Program-made: the position numbers and the translations under genes | Source: Octopus vulgaris | Lineage: Eukaryota | NCBI GenBank assembly: GCA_951406725.2 | Contig: OX597814.1 | Coordinates: 101,742,001 to 101,806,000 of the forward strand | Direction: 5' to 3' | Length of the DNA: 64,000 nucleotides | Notes under the pieces: generated by a model | What the model was told of the DNA's origin: nothing | Seen by the model: only the letters and a program-made list of their open reading frames with translations | Database searches by the model: none | In this document: positions 1-17,038 of the stretch, piece by piece | Layout of the letters: each line of letters opens with the position of its first letter | How positions within the stretch are numbered: position 1 is the stretch's first letter

Positions 1-17
1 TCTAATACTTTAATTAC

Positions 18-566
18 AAGGTGGCGAGCTGGCAGAAACGTTAGCACGCCGGGCGAAATGCTTAGCGTATTTCGTCTTCCGTTACATTCTGAGTTCAAAG
101 TACCAGTTACGCACTGTGGTCGATGTAATCGGCTTAATCCGTTTGTCTGTCTTTGTTTGTCCCCTCTGTGTTTAGCCCCTTGTGGGTAGTAAAGAGATAA
201 GTATCTTATCTGTCTTTACGTTCTGAGTTCAAATTCCGCCGAGGTCGACTTTGCCTTTCATCCTTTCGGGGTCGATAAATAAAGTACCAGTTACGCACTG
301 GGGTCGATGTAATCGAGTTAATCCCTTTGTCTGTCCTTGTTTGTCCCCTCTATGTTAAGCCCCTTGTGGGTAATAAAGAAATAGGTATTTTGTCGGCCGT
401 TACGTTCTGAGTTCAAATTCCGCCGAGGTCGACTTTGCCTTTCATCCTTTCGAGGTCGATAAATAAAGTACCAGTTACGCACTGGGGTCGATGTAATCGA
501 CTTAATCCGTTTGTCTGTCCTTGTTTGTCCCCTCTATGTTTAGCCCCTTGTGGGCAATAAAGAAAT
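18..566 (+). mobile_element. tRNA-derived SINE family B, head plus three tandem body/tail units
   Basis: Head aaggtggcgagctggcagaaacgttagc, B-box-like gagttcaaattcc, repeated tail gtcccctctrtgtttagccccttgtggg..aaagaaata; same sequence recurs more than 10 times in the window. Confidence 0.85.
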
Positions 567-911
567 ATATATGCAAATATATATGTGTGTGTATGTATAC
601 ATGTATGCGTGTGTGCATATATCTATGTTATTCTATGTATGTGTGTGTGTGTGTGTGTACACACACGTGCGCGCACACACAAGGAAGAAAAAAAAGATAT
701 ATTGACAATGTTCAATGGAAGCAGCATTCGTAGAAAAACAACGCCAAAACAAGCCTCACGAAGGAAAGTTCGTCTGAAGCAGTTTCGACATCTTGAGTCG
801 ATTTCCAAAGGAAGTAGCTCGTTGAATACGCTGTTTGTTATTGTTGTTGTCGTCATCACAACAAAATGGTGATGGAGCAGGAGTTACTCATGTAGATTTC
901 TATGGTTTCTC

Positions 912-914
<3 letters not shown>

Positions 915-972
<58 letters not shown>

Positions 973-1340
973 GTATATGTATATATATATATATTATGAT
1001 CTTTGAAAAAACACTTGCCAACCGTAGACCCGACTCAGATTCTGTGTTTTTTCTATTAGACCATTCCCTAAATATATCTCTGTTTTCAAAATTGATTTCA
1101 CCCTAATTGCTTTTACTAGTATCCTTTCGTCTAATTTAGCGTTAAAGCCATCCGTTGCTACCATTTTTATATCACATCTTGTTTCATTCATTTCACACTG
1201 TTATTTTTTTAAGGATTTATTTAGTTATTATTTATTCATTTGCTTTATTTATTTTACTTTTTTTTGTAAAACACGTCCTTCTTAATGCAACTGGTGGGTT
1301 TATGACTAACATTAAAAGTACGGCAACACACGAATGCGTG

Positions 1341-1386
<46 letters not shown>

Positions 1387-1395
1387 ATATATATG

Positions 1396-1448
<53 letters not shown>

Positions 1449-1937
1449 GTATATATATATAAATATATATACATATATATATATATATGTATGTATATAT
1501 GTATATATAAATATATATGTATGTATATATGTATATAAATGCATATATAAGTATATATATATATGTATATATATATGTAGGTATGTATATATATATATGT
1601 ACCTACATATATATACATATATATATACTTATATATACATATATATACATATATACATACATATATATACATATACATATATAGCTACATATATATACAT
1701 ATATACGTACATATATATACATGTATATACTTACATATATATACATATAGTTATATATATTCACTTATATATATATACATATATGTATATATGCATATAG
1801 TTACGTATACATATAGTTATATATATAGTTGCATATACATATACTTATATATGTATATATATATATATACTTATATATGTATGTATATATATACTTATAT
1901 ACATATACATATACATATATATATACTAACATATATA

Positions 1938-1979
<42 letters not shown>

Positions 1980-2297
1980 TATATAAATATATATACTTAT
2001 ATATGTATATACACACACACATAAATGCATACACACACACATATATATAAGACGGTTTTGTACATAGGTAATATATACAGACAAGCACATACATACGCAA
2101 ATGAAGACTGAAACGTGAGACCATATACACATACACTTCACTTCACATAAGGACACATATGGAGACACACAACCATACCTACAGACACACTCAGACATGC
2201 ACACACACACAAGAAGGCAGAGGTACACACACATATAAAAACACACAAACACGAACACAGAAATGCATGAATAGGCAGAATACATACATACAAATGT

Positions 2298-2346
<49 letters not shown>

Positions 2347-2444
2347 CGCACACGAACACACATACATGAATGTACATACTTACATGCATGCATACATACA
2401 TACATGCATACACACATACATACATACATACATACATACATACA

Positions 2445-2478
<34 letters not shown>

Positions 2479-2720
2479 CATACATACATACATATAAGTG
2501 TATGCGTACACACACTGACCCACACATATGCGCACAAACAAACAAAAAGACCGCAGCTCTGATAACGGACAGATTCAACCACTATGGAAAAAGTTCCATA
2601 ACGCAACGGAAATTTTAGGAAAATAAGTAAATGAGTGGGAACTTTACTGGTGAGTGTTATAAATAATAACACACTAAAGAGAATGACTCTCCCCAAACAC
2701 AACAATATATATATATATCA
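915..2720. repeat. Compound (TA)n/(TACA)n/(CA)n microsatellite field
   Basis: Directly visible; explains the YI/HT-rich ORFs. Confidence 0.9.
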
Positions 2721-3279
2721 GCCGAAATTGCGAGGATGATCCGGTTCTTGACTGAAGATTAAAGTCTTCGAATGACCCGTCCGTGTTTTTTGTATCGTCT
2801 GTCTGGATGTTTTGCGTTCTTGTCCCATTTTGTATTATATATATATTCGTAGTTCTGTCGTTTATGTTGATAAAGGAAATGAATCTTTGATTCTAATCCA
2901 GAAACATGCGTCCATAATTGACCGTGGATTGTTTGATTTCGTTATTTTTCTTCTTTTTTTGCCATATAGTGAGTTACAAATGCTGTTGTTGTGGGAACAT
3001 ATTTTTGTAGTAAAAGAAATAGCAGTCCTCTGGCTGCTATTTCTAATACTTTCGGTATGTGGTCTAGCAACTTGTTGCAAAGACCCTCATTTTTATAATT
3101 ATATATATACATATATTACTCTTTTACACTTTTACTAGTTTCAACCATGCCGCTGTGGTCATGCTGGAGCACTACCATGGTCTTTCTGACTTCCTCAGTC
3201 TGAGTATTTCACATCACTACTTCTGTATGTGCCTTTTTCCCAGCTGTTGTTACATTTGGTGTATAGTTGAGTTTGATTC

Positions 3280-3945
3280 CGTTTCCCTCGTCTGTACCTC
3301 ATGTGGGGCTGTTGGTTTATCTGGCATTGTGGAGAGGAGGATGTCTAGTTCCTTTCTGAAGACATCTACTTCCACTTTGTGCAAATCTCTTAGTTTTTGT
3401 GGCTAGGCATTGAAGAGCTGTGGGCCTTTGAACCCTAGACTATTGCAATACCTGGTCCTGAATTTAGATGGAGTGGACGATAACTTTGGTACAATACAAT
3501 GGCGGCCAGTTCTGGCATTTGTATAATGCCAAAGTTAGGTACTAGCCCTTCTAGGATTTTCCATATGTATATTGTTGCATATCTATCACGCCTTCGCTCC
3601 AGGGAGTAAAGCTGTAGTTTTCTCAGCCTATCCCTGTAGCTCATCCACTGCACTGTTTCAATCCTTTTAGTGTAGTGGCGTTGGACTGCTTGAAGCTCCG
3701 CTGTTAGTTTGGCACTATGTGGTGACTATAACTGGGAACAGCAGTCCAGGCAGTTGAGAGCAAAGGTTCTCCATAGAGTTAACATAATTTCTTGGTCTCT
3801 TGTTTTGACGGATCTCCTGCCAGTTGTCTGCACTTTGCTGCCATCTTGCTTAATTGCATATAAAATGATGTGTCATTGCACATGCTGATCCCCAAGTCTC
3901 TCACTGCCTGTGACTCTGGGATTGTAGTGCCTTCGGGTCCTGTAA
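3280..3945 (-). mobile_element. CR1/L2-type LINE ORF2 C-terminal fragment, degraded
   Basis: Translates as SYRDRLRKLQLYSLERRRDRYATIYIWKILEGLVPN...GPQLFN, typical of the CR1-group post-RT region; stops and frameshifts. Confidence 0.75.
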
Positions 3946-3949
3946 ATGA

Positions 3950-4050
3950 AACAGCTGGTTGACCATTCAGATGTCAGCGTGATATACTTTGACTTTGCAA
4001 AGGCATTTGATAAGTTAGATCATGGTATGATAAGTCATAAGATACGAGAA
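3950..4050 (+). mobile_element. LINE RT fragment
   Basis: VIYFDFAKAFDKLDHGMISHKIRE, the RT D(F)xKAFD motif. Confidence 0.7.
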
Positions 4051-4054
4051 CCTA

Positions 4055-4310
4055 GGAGAGCATTTTCATAATTATATGAGACTCTTCTAGGCATAAAAGA
4101 CAAGTTCTAAGAAGGGGCAGAAGAAACAATATTCCAAGAAATTGAGAAATTTATGTTGTCTCTTTTAAGTTGCCAAACCGTTTTGGATAAACTAGTACTA
4201 CTTTCTTTCCGAGGATTATTAAAAGATGATTTATGATTATTCAAACGTAATTTAAGAGGGGTCTGCGTGCAACCTATGTAATAAAACCTAGAGAGATCAT
4301 GTAGCTTTAT
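4055..4310 (-). mobile_element. Penelope-like GIY-YIG endonuclease fragment
   Basis: YYIGCTQTPLKLRLNNHKSSF...STSLSKTVWQLK...ISWNIV. Confidence 0.75.
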
Positions 4311-4329
4311 ATACAACATTTTTCATTTT

Positions 4330-4760
4330 ACAATTACCTTTAACCTCACAGGTGTTAAGGTTTCCTCCATGTTGGTCCTTGGAATGTTGGTAGAGTAAGG
4401 AGGACTGTTTTTTGTCGTCATATTGTCTCAAATGTTCATTTAGTCGTTCCTCAATGCTCCTAGATGTCTCCTCTTTGTATGTCATTTTCATGTCTCTACA
4501 AGCATCTTTTATGCATCTTATGCTGTAAATTACATTTCTGGTTCTACAGTTAATGCCAGGGCCATTTCTACATACCATGCAGTCATCATTGGAGCGTATG
4601 GTATTCTCAAAGGGGTGCGTCCTAGATAGATGTGATCTGACGGAGTTCCCTGCCTTTTCAACAATCTTAATGTTGAGTTTGGTCTCCTTCAGAGCTTTCC
4701 TAAATCTACGGGCTAGTTCTCTATGGCCTCTACAAACATCACTCATTGATATTAAATAGT
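4330..4760 (-). mobile_element. Second Penelope-like linker and GIY-YIG fragment
   Basis: IKIVEKAGNSV...CMVC...NCRTRNVIYSIRCIKDAC..YKEETSRSIEERLNEH...SSLLYQH; related to 9290-9640. Confidence 0.75.
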
Positions 4761-5006
4761 GTACATTTAAACACCAGAGAAAACTACCTTCAACAGACGG
4801 CAGAGGAAGAAACGTACTAAGAATGATGAACAGTAAAGAGATGAAAAAGTCGTAAGTGCTTCGGTGGAGGATGTACGAAACCAGCAATCCCCGAAGAGCA
4901 AAGGGCATTATTGTAGCGATAGAAAGGACAGAGGGAAGAGACAGCATATCTGTGGGCCAAATGCTGGCGCCTTTAGTGACATATTTCTGTGTTTGTTTGT
5001 GTATAC

Positions 5007-5042
<36 letters not shown>

Positions 5043-5045
<3 letters not shown>

Positions 5046-5281
5046 GTTTAAATATTTGTTGTGCAAGATTTTTTATGTGAAAATACAAAATGGCTGACGG
5101 TTAGTAAGGAGAGACACAAATAAGAAAGAAGAAAACAAAGGACCACTGATGCGGTCACAGGAGTGTGACGAAAGAACTCTGGCCGAAATAAGATTAAGAT
5201 TAATGTAAAAAATAAATAACACCAAATATATAGTGCGTGTGTTTTTATTGGCTAAACTGGCAATATGATCATTCCGAAATA

Positions 5282-5285
<4 letters not shown>
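5043..5285. mobile_element. Short repeat with hammerhead-like motif; internally inverted relative to the copy at 6308-6585
   Basis: First ~38 bp are direct to 6308-6346; 5085-5285 is the reverse complement of ~6369-6585. Confidence 0.7.
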
Positions 5286-5374
<89 letters not shown>

Positions 5375-5920
5375 ATATGCACAGGTATATATGTAGTTAC
5401 ATTCATTCATGTGTGTGTGTGTGTGTGTCTAAAAAAGAATCAAAGGTTTTTCCGAACCATAGGCTCATAAGACTGGTTTCCTGGACTCTGTGGTATTTGC
5501 ATTACCCCTCGCTTGGACGGAATGCTGATCCGTTGCCGAATTGCTCTTCGTTACCCTCTGAGTAATGCGAAATGAAGTGTTTTGACTGGCCCAGAAAGCG
5601 TAGTTACAATCTTACAATCATGGATGCAACACACTAACCATTAAACCACAAGCTTTCTACATAATCATGTGTGTGTGTGTGTATGTCTGTGTGTACGCAA
5701 ACACATATACATATTTGTATGTGAGAGATAGAGAGACAGACAGACAGACAGACAGAGACAGAAAAGAAAGAGAAACAGAGACAGAGAAGAGAGAGAGAGA
5801 CAGACATGAATATATTTTTATCCCTTATACAGAGGAGGAAAGACAAAAACTATGAGCCTTTTTCTATATTTTCTTTTAGTGCGAAGACTGATAAGGCAGA
5901 GAAGTTCTATTTGAATTTTC

Positions 5921-6020
5921 NNNNNNNNNNNNNNNNNNNNNNNNNNNNNNNNNNNNNNNNNNNNNNNNNNNNNNNNNNNNNNNNNNNNNNNNNNNNNNNN
6001 NNNNNNNNNNNNNNNNNNNN
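5921..6020. other. Assembly gap (100 N)
   Basis: Run of N. Confidence 1.
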
Positions 6021-6259
6021 TAAAGGGGGTAAAGACCCCCTTCGGTCATGTGTGACCATGGGTTTTGCACCTAGAGAGTTACCCTCTGAGGCACAAGTCT
6101 GGGCAAGGTTGTTTTTATGGAAGACCAGCAGTCGCCCATGCATACCGGCCTCCCCTCTCCACGCCACCAGTGTTATCCAAGGGAAAGACAAAGGTCGATA
6201 CAGCTTGGCACCAGTGACGTCGCAACTCATTTCTACAGCTGAGTGAACTGGAGCAATAC

Positions 6260-6307
<48 letters not shown>

Positions 6308-6585
6308 TACGTTTAAATATTTGTTGTGCAAGATTTTTTATGTGAAGTCGTGTGTTGAAACAGATATTGTTATATTTCGGAATGGTCATATTCCCAGTTT
6401 AGCCAATAAAAACACACGCACTATATATTTGGTGTTATTTTGCTTCAGTGTTATTTATTTTTTACATTAATCTTAATCTTATTTCGGCCAGAGTTCTTTC
6501 GTCACACTCCTGTGACCGCATCAGTGGTCCTTTGTTTTCTTCTTTCTTATTTGTGTCTCTCCTTACTAACCATCAGCCATTTTGT
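6308..6585 (-). mobile_element. Second copy of the hammerhead-bearing short repeat
   Basis: Near-identical to 5043-5285 with the larger part inverted. Confidence 0.7.
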
Positions 6586-6830
6586 GATCAGGTGAACTAG
6601 CAGATTCGTTAGCAAGCCGGACAAAATGCTTCGCATTAACGGTTTTAAGTTTGAGTTGAAATTCTGCCGAGATTGACTTTGCCTTTCATTCTTTGGAGCT
6701 CGATAAAGTATCAATGGAACACTGGGGTCGATCTAATCCACTAGTTCCCTCCCCTAATGTTCCATTGCTTGTGCCTATAGTAGAAAGATTTATTACTATA
6801 TGTGTATAGATAGGTAGGTGGATATGAATG

Positions 6831-6901
<71 letters not shown>

Positions 6902-7303
6902 GTTATAAATACGTATGTATTTATTCGTCTTTGCATGTATACAAATATACACACACGTACGCATGCACGCACGCACACAAACAGCTGTGGATACGATGAA
7001 TACTGCTTAGAACACCTGAAGGAAATGAACCAGTGGGAGGTGTTTACCCATCACTGCAAGACAACTAACAGGAAAGCTAAGCATATGTTCATCTCTTTCT
7101 ACGCTAACCTTACGTTCTCATACCATCGAAAGTGTGGGTTGGTAGCAGGCATGGTCTCCTACCTCGTGGTTCACTAATGATATTTCAGAATCTATCAACA
7201 TGCTATTTATTCAACATAATTCTAGAGAAGCGACCTGCTCGATCTCAACTCCGTACACCAATAATTCTCTTTTTCACTCTCTCCTCACCTGACTCTGTTT
7301 ATC

Positions 7304-7338
<35 letters not shown>

Positions 7339-7959
7339 TTCTCCTTCTCTCTACCTGCCTAAGTATCTGTCTATTTTATCCATCTTGCTATCATATTTCT
7401 CTATGTTACCAGCCTGTATACACAGCGAACAGTTTCGAAAACATTTTTCATCACCCCCAAATGTAACAAATATCTGTCATGGGAAGCGAGAATTGGACAT
7501 ACTGCCTTAGTGCGGGCCTTGAGCATTGAACAAAACAAGGGTGATGAGAGAAGCAGAGATAAAATGCCTGAGTAGATGTGACATGATCTCGACTACCTCC
7601 GATGCGTAGAAAGGATGGTGTATATCTGTGAGCAATTTCATGTCAATCGGTGGTGTTATCGTTTTCTTGATGCAGAACATGTATGAATGTAGGTGTGTGT
7701 GTGTGTGTGCGCGCGCGTGCGTACATGTATGTGCCCATACATAGTTACGCATATACACACACACATATATATATACACATACATACACATGCATACAGAC
7801 AGACAGACGTACGTACATACATATTTAGTCATATGTCTGCATTATTTCACTGGTGTAAAAACACCTCTGATCACTCAGATACTGAGATCTCAGGGGTTAT
7901 GCAGCCACGGCTCTTAAAGAAAGCAGATTCTGATTGGAAAATGGATAAAGTTTGTACCT

Positions 7960-8170
7960 GTTTCTTTACTACCCACAAGGGGCTAAACATATAGAGGACA
8001 AACAAGGACAGACAAATGGATTAAGTCGATTATATCGACCTCAGTGCGTAACTGGTACTTATTTAATCGACCCCCCGAAAAGATGAAAGGCAAAGTCGAC
8101 CTCGGCGGAATTTGAACTCAGAACGTAACGGCAGACGAAATACCGCTAGGCAATTCGCCCGGCGTGCTAA
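7960..8170 (-). mobile_element. SINE family B with 15-bp TSD
   Basis: ataaagtttgtacct at 7945-7959 and 8178-8192 flanks the copy. Confidence 0.85.
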
Positions 8171-9289
8171 AAAATGTATAAAGTTTGTACCTATTAATCA
8201 ATTCCAGTCACGCCAGTTGTTGACAAGTGCTAGTTGATGTAGCAGCTACTGGATGTTGTCGAATGACTATTAAAACGGAGACAACTGACCCAACACATAA
8301 AATTTTGATCCATTATTTTCATTAGAAATTCAAGCAAAATTTCCGTAAGGTTTCAATAAAAACGAAAAATAAAGGCGTCGAAGGGGGGATTGCATACCCT
8401 GTGCGCAGGTAAACTTTTTCGCAAATCATTGTGTGGCTTACAATGCGTTGCCTACCCTGCTTTTTAATTCAACTGATTATTTTAAGTATCACCTTTACAG
8501 GTATTTATACTATGGTGAAATTAAGAAATCAACTCGTAAATAAACGAAACCCTCGAATCTTTCAGTGTACATGCGCGCACACGCACACACACATTTACGC
8601 ACACGGACACACAGTCGCATATCTATGTATGTATGTATATATGTATCTATCTAAGTATGTATGTATGTATGTATGTATCTAAGTATGTATGCATCCACAA
8701 GTTTTCTTTTAAAGATAATCAATCCAAATGTTCATTTTGAACGACTCACTCAATGAGTATTTCTGCCGAATGTGGTAAAAATCCGTCCAGCTGGTTTCCA
8801 GTAATTTTGCAAACACTCAGTGAAACAGACAAAGAAGAGTGATTACAAAACTCTGCTTTCGCTTACGCGCGCAGGATAGTTATGAAACATTATAATGAAT
8901 TAATGGATTAGAATTAACTATAGTGCTCTATAGTTGACAGTTTGGCTTCTTAGAAGACACAGCAAACTGTAACAAAGTATGCAGTTTCTGAAAGTGACAA
9001 ACCGTGTTTCGGGTAAATAAAAGAAGTTCTTACAGTGGGCCGATGCTATGGTTCTTATGCCCTCAGAAGTACTTTAAATAGTATGTATACTGAGTGACCC
9101 TTGTCTTGAAGTCACTGGTTGTGAGTCTGTGTGTGGTTCTTCGGGAATACGATCCCGGAGTCAGAGACGGTGCTTCACATGAGCAATGATGCGACATTCC
9201 ATGTGCATATTAACAAAAAGGTAAAATTGTGCAGGCGAGTGGCTACATGGATTCTGATAGAATACGGACGTCAAACTGACCCAGGTTGC

Positions 9290-10545
9290 CTCCATGTTGG
9301 TCTTTGGCATGATGGGAGAGTGTGGAGAATTATTTTTTATCGTCATATTGTCTGAAATGTCCATTTAGTGTCTCTGCAATGACTCAGTATATTATGTTCT
9401 CGTCTTTACAAGCACTCTCTATGCACCTTATACTGGAGACTACATTTCTAGTTCTACAGTAAATGAGTGAGTTAATCTTACATACCATGCAGTTATCATA
9501 GAGGTACGTCCTACATAGATGTGATCTGATGGATCTCACTTGCTTTTCAACGATCTGAATGTTGAGTTTAGCCTCCTTCAGAACTAAAGGCTAGTTCTCC
9601 ATGGGCTGTGGCCTCTACAGACATCACTCCTTGATATTTGTCAGTCTTGTACCACATGTTCAACCTATTTGCTTTGTCACAAACTCTTTGTATCCTATTC
9701 CAGTCTTAACTTCTATATCTAAGGCAGATACCACTGGTTTCATTACTTATAATGCTATCTAACTTCTTTCTAGCATCCCTGTATACCCGAATCCTATCTT
9801 TCTGATCATATCCAGGGAATTGCATGCGGTGCATGAAGCTCTGTACACGTTTCTTTGTTTCCTAGAGTTCGCATAGTGTGGACACGTTGTTCATTATCGT
9901 AATTACGATAATGAACAGTATGTTGATTTTCATGTGTGACAAAGCTGAGTTCTTGTGAACAACATATTTAGAAGTTATAGGTTTCATGTAATAGGAGTGG
10001 GAGACTTACACTCTGTTGTTCACAGTCTCTACCCGAAGTACAGTATCAAGGACAGGGAGTATCTTGTTTAGGGTACCTAGTGGGATAATCTATAGTTACC
10101 TTGATACATTGGTAGATGGAGTTAGCTACATGCAGGATGCTCTCCATTATGTTCCTCTCGGTTTCTACATTGCAATTACTACAGTTTGTCCAAACTAGAA
10201 TGTTAATGTCATCTACATACCTAGAGTAAAGTAAAACAGTAGTGGATTGTTATAAGGATTGCTTCAGTTTTCTATTCCACCAAGTCATGAGGAGGCCGGC
10301 CAAAACTCCAGCCACGCCGACACCTTGAACCTGCGTGCATAGTTTCTTGTTAAACTTTACAATGTGGTTCTTCAAGGTGCTTTTTATGCTAGTTCCTATT
10401 GCATGTGCAATCATTCTTTTCACCTGACTGTTGTTCACAGGGTTGTGGGTGGGTGTAGTCCAGCCACACCAGTACTCTCTCTGCTTTTCTTCGCCACCAA
10501 GAAGATGGTGGGTGGTCTTCCCCTCTGTGACCTGGTGGAGCGGAA
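9290..10545 (-). mobile_element. Degraded Penelope-like element (RT to GIY-YIG)
   Basis: Minus-strand remnants YSRYVDDINI, IPVLD, YYMKPITSKYVVHKNSALS; 3' part is homologous to 4330-4760. Confidence 0.7.
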
Positions 10546-10554
10546 TCTACTACG

Positions 10555-12980
<2,426 letters not shown>

Positions 12981-13880
12981 CACACACACAGTCTATCTAC
13001 CTAACTCTGTGCACCCTCCTAAGCGCCATTAAAGTAAGTAAGAATAATTAATGAGTTTTTGTCTTACTTAACGGAAGATATATAATAAATGTTGATCTTA
13101 AACATTCTCTCCTTCTATTTAGCCTGCCGATTATCGACTATTTATTTCTGTCTAGGTTGGTTTCATCGCATCTGGTTCTTTTCGGCGAGAAAAGACGAGG
13201 TGTGGGTTTAAATGGGAGGGAAGTATGTCATTTTTCCCTCTAAATCCTGAAGAGTTTCACTGATATTTTTCTATGACAATATATCTAAACACCAAAAGCT
13301 TTACATTCATCTTGATTAGTTAGAAAGTTTCTTCAATAATTCCCCGTCTTTTCTCCTGTTTTTCTTTCTCTTGTCAACGCTAACACCGCCATTATCGCTC
13401 CTATTGCTCTTATCATAATCACATCCACCACTATCACATTTACCGTTTCGTTGCCGCCACAGTTATTCAGACACCACACCACCTACGTCTTGCCTACTTT
13501 TCATCCGATTGAATATATCAAGCTGAGATTAAGAATAAAGATTACTGGGATTATTTCAGCCATGTCTTTTTAGAGTCACAGCTTTTTGACTTCCTTCTTT
13601 ATTTCCATATTTATTTTAGTCTTTTTATTGCTCTATTGCCTTTATTATTTTCCATTGTCAATTTTATTATATATATATTTTTTAAAGCCACGTACATTTC
13701 CTACTCACTCTTTTTCTATCTCTCACTCAATTGCAAATACTTTTTCTTCTCTACGTCTTCCTTTATACTTATCACATGTTCTCACTCACATTAGCTTTGT
13801 GTCTATATTAATGTACATCCATATATATGTGTGTGCGTTAGTGCGTATACACATACACACTTATATATATATATATACAC

Positions 13881-13924
<44 letters not shown>

Positions 13925-13942
13925 ACACACACATATATATAT

Positions 13943-14049
<107 letters not shown>

Positions 14050-14792
14050 CCGTCTAAGAATCCATAAGATAGAAAAAAATATGCATTGGTATATCTGTCA
14101 ACAGAGTGGTTATATTAATCGAAGTTATATATCTATTACAGCCGATCCTTACCAATCGGTTTCGTACCAGGGGTTCAACGGAATGTTAACTAATAGCCTG
14201 ATTATGCAACTCTGCGCTTTTTAGAGTTAGTAGTTATGGGAGAAAATATGGAGATCGGTGAAAATGCACATCCGGTTTTTGGTTGCGCGTCCGCCCACAA
14301 GCCTCCAACCCACATCCGAAAACGCTATACAAAATAGTGCTACTGCACACATTCCAACACTAAACCATACACACATTTCCCATGCATGCATTTCCAGAGA
14401 ACCCTTGTAGTCTTGCAACACCCCAGAGGCCGTTTTTCAAGCCAAGCAACACAACTTAATTTAACACTTGTTTAATTTGTTTCGTCGCCTTTTTCATAGC
14501 ATCTATAAACCCGATGTATCTTTTCACCTCCAGCCATAGAGAGCAGTCGCCATATTTTCTTCCCTAACGGCCTAAAGAGCGCAGTGTTACATAATCAGGC
14601 TGTTACATACATCCCGTAGAACATGTAGTGCGAAATCAAGTGGCAAGATCGGCCGTATATAAATAGAGGTAATGGCCTCTTGGAGCTAATCAATGGCAGC
14701 ATACGTCCTATTTTTCTGGACTGCCATGTTAGCTTGACGATAACTATTAATATCCAGTACTGCTGCCGTAGTCTCCTATAGAGAGATTTAGA

Positions 14793-15193
<401 letters not shown>

Positions 15194-15939
15194 GTAAAAT
15201 AATATGTGACAATTATTCGATAATTTCCAAGATAAAATTCTGAGTTTCGGATGCCGAGGTGGAAAACCACATCACCATCTCTTCAGTTATCTAGCCATAA
15301 CCGAAGAGAGGGTGATGTGGTTTTCCACCTCGTGCATCCCGAAACTCTGGTGGTTCAGAATTTATCTATAAACAGACAGACAGTGGAGAAACGAAAGAAA
15401 AGGGCACTCAACTCATTTTTTAAGAGTTACATGTATTATTTAAAACCTTTTGATTTGTTTCCGTGCTTCTTCAAGTTTCACAGGTCCCTAACGAATCCCG
15501 TCTCCTTCAGGCTTCTGGAATAGCCGAACCGAATTTGGCCATTCCAGAAGCCGTTAGACATATACATTTTTGAAATCAGGATAATCCCAGGATTGAAAAT
15601 CTGCCCTTCGTTTGGTTCTTAAGCATCCGCATTGGGATCAGGTCTGGATGCAGATTTGTTATATGCTAACAGTTGAAAATTCAAATGTTAAAAGAACTCC
15701 ATAAATTTGTGAGCTTATAAGCTTTTCATTTAAACTGAATTTAAAGTAATACCATATTGGTAGGGTACCTATAAAGGCTTTATTATTATTGCTCGTTTAA
15801 GTTTGGGGTCGTAGGCCTAAATATCCTCTGCAAGAGCCAGTATAAAAGTCCACACGGAGAGTGGCTTTTAAGCTAGTATATTTATGTGCATTTGATATGT
15901 AATGACTTTTCTAGGCATCATTCCGTGCGCTTATTACTG

Positions 15940-16440
15940 AGAGAGCATCAATGAGCTGGTGAGTGGCTGGCTGGATTCTGAGATATTTCAAAAGAAAAAG
16001 GAAAACCATATTGGTACTTTGGAGAACATTTGTTCTCAGTTGCTTTGACTTCTGTAGCCAATTATGGTCAACGCATTACGTCAAGCTAATATATGTGTAC
16101 GCATGTGTGCGCGCGCAGGCGATACTAGACAACCTAACTTTGAGATACAAAGCTATTCCAATCCTCGAATTGGATGCCGCTGCATAGTACCAAAGCCCCA
16201 CCTTTTCCATCAAGAATAATAGTTTTACTCAACAGCTCAGAGGTCAAGAGCTCAGTGGGTTTCAGTTCCTCTCCAAAATGCCTAAAAGACAAAAATAAGT
16301 GTGTTAAAAATAAAATTTATCTGACATTCCTGATGAACGACATTACGACAAGAAACGCAAATATTGTAAGTGTTTTCCAACACACTGATTTACCAGGACC
16401 ACATACAAGGGATGGGACATGGAAGTAAAATTAAATAAAC
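15940..16440 (+). mobile_element. CR1-type LINE 3' fragment, degraded
   Basis: AGWILRYF..LWRTFVLSCFDFCSQLWS; GCRCIVPK; DIPDE; parallels 3280-3945. Confidence 0.6.
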
Positions 16441-16584
16441 TAGTAATCACACCAAAGGAAGGGCCTCAGCATGGCCACAGCATCTAACACACACACACAG
16501 AGGGATAGACAAACACATAGACAGGAAGAGAGAAATTTATATATACATGTATGTATGTTTATGTATATTCTTTTTGTTCTTCTA

Positions 16585-16807
16585 TTCTTTTACTTGTTTC
16601 AGTCATCTGACTGCTGCCATGCTGGAGCACCGCCTATAGTCAAATAAATTGACCCCAGCACTTATTCTTTGTAAACCTAGTACTTATTCTATCGGGGTCT
16701 GATGCTGATCCACTAAGTTACGGGGACGTAAACACACCAACATTGGTGGTCATGAGACAGTGAGGGGACAAACACAGACACACACACACATACACACAGA
16801 CACAGAC

Positions 16808-16885
<78 letters not shown>

Positions 16886-17038
16886 GACGGGCTTCTTTCA
16901 GTATCCGTCTACCAAAGCTACTTACAAGGCTTTGGTCGGCCTGAGGCTATAGTTGAAGATACTTGCCCAAGGTGCCATGCAGAAGGACTGAACCTGGAAC
17001 CATGTGGCTGGTAAGCAAGGTACTTACCATATAGCCAC
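16585..17038 (-). mobile_element. tRNA-derived SINE family A with internal CA/TA microsatellite
   Basis: Matches copies at 22140-22580 and 39520-39860; tRNA-like head at the right end. Confidence 0.85.

Noticed and set aside
1155-2705. YI/HT/CV-rich ORFs here and across the window
   Set aside because: Translations of dinucleotide and tetranucleotide repeats
16135-16281. Minus-strand open frame behind a good acceptor (HFGEELKPTELL...) and a nearby CTGATGA..GAAAC at ~16330
   Set aside because: The plus strand is a CR1-type LINE remnant; CTGATGA comes from Pro-Asp-Glu codons and has no stems
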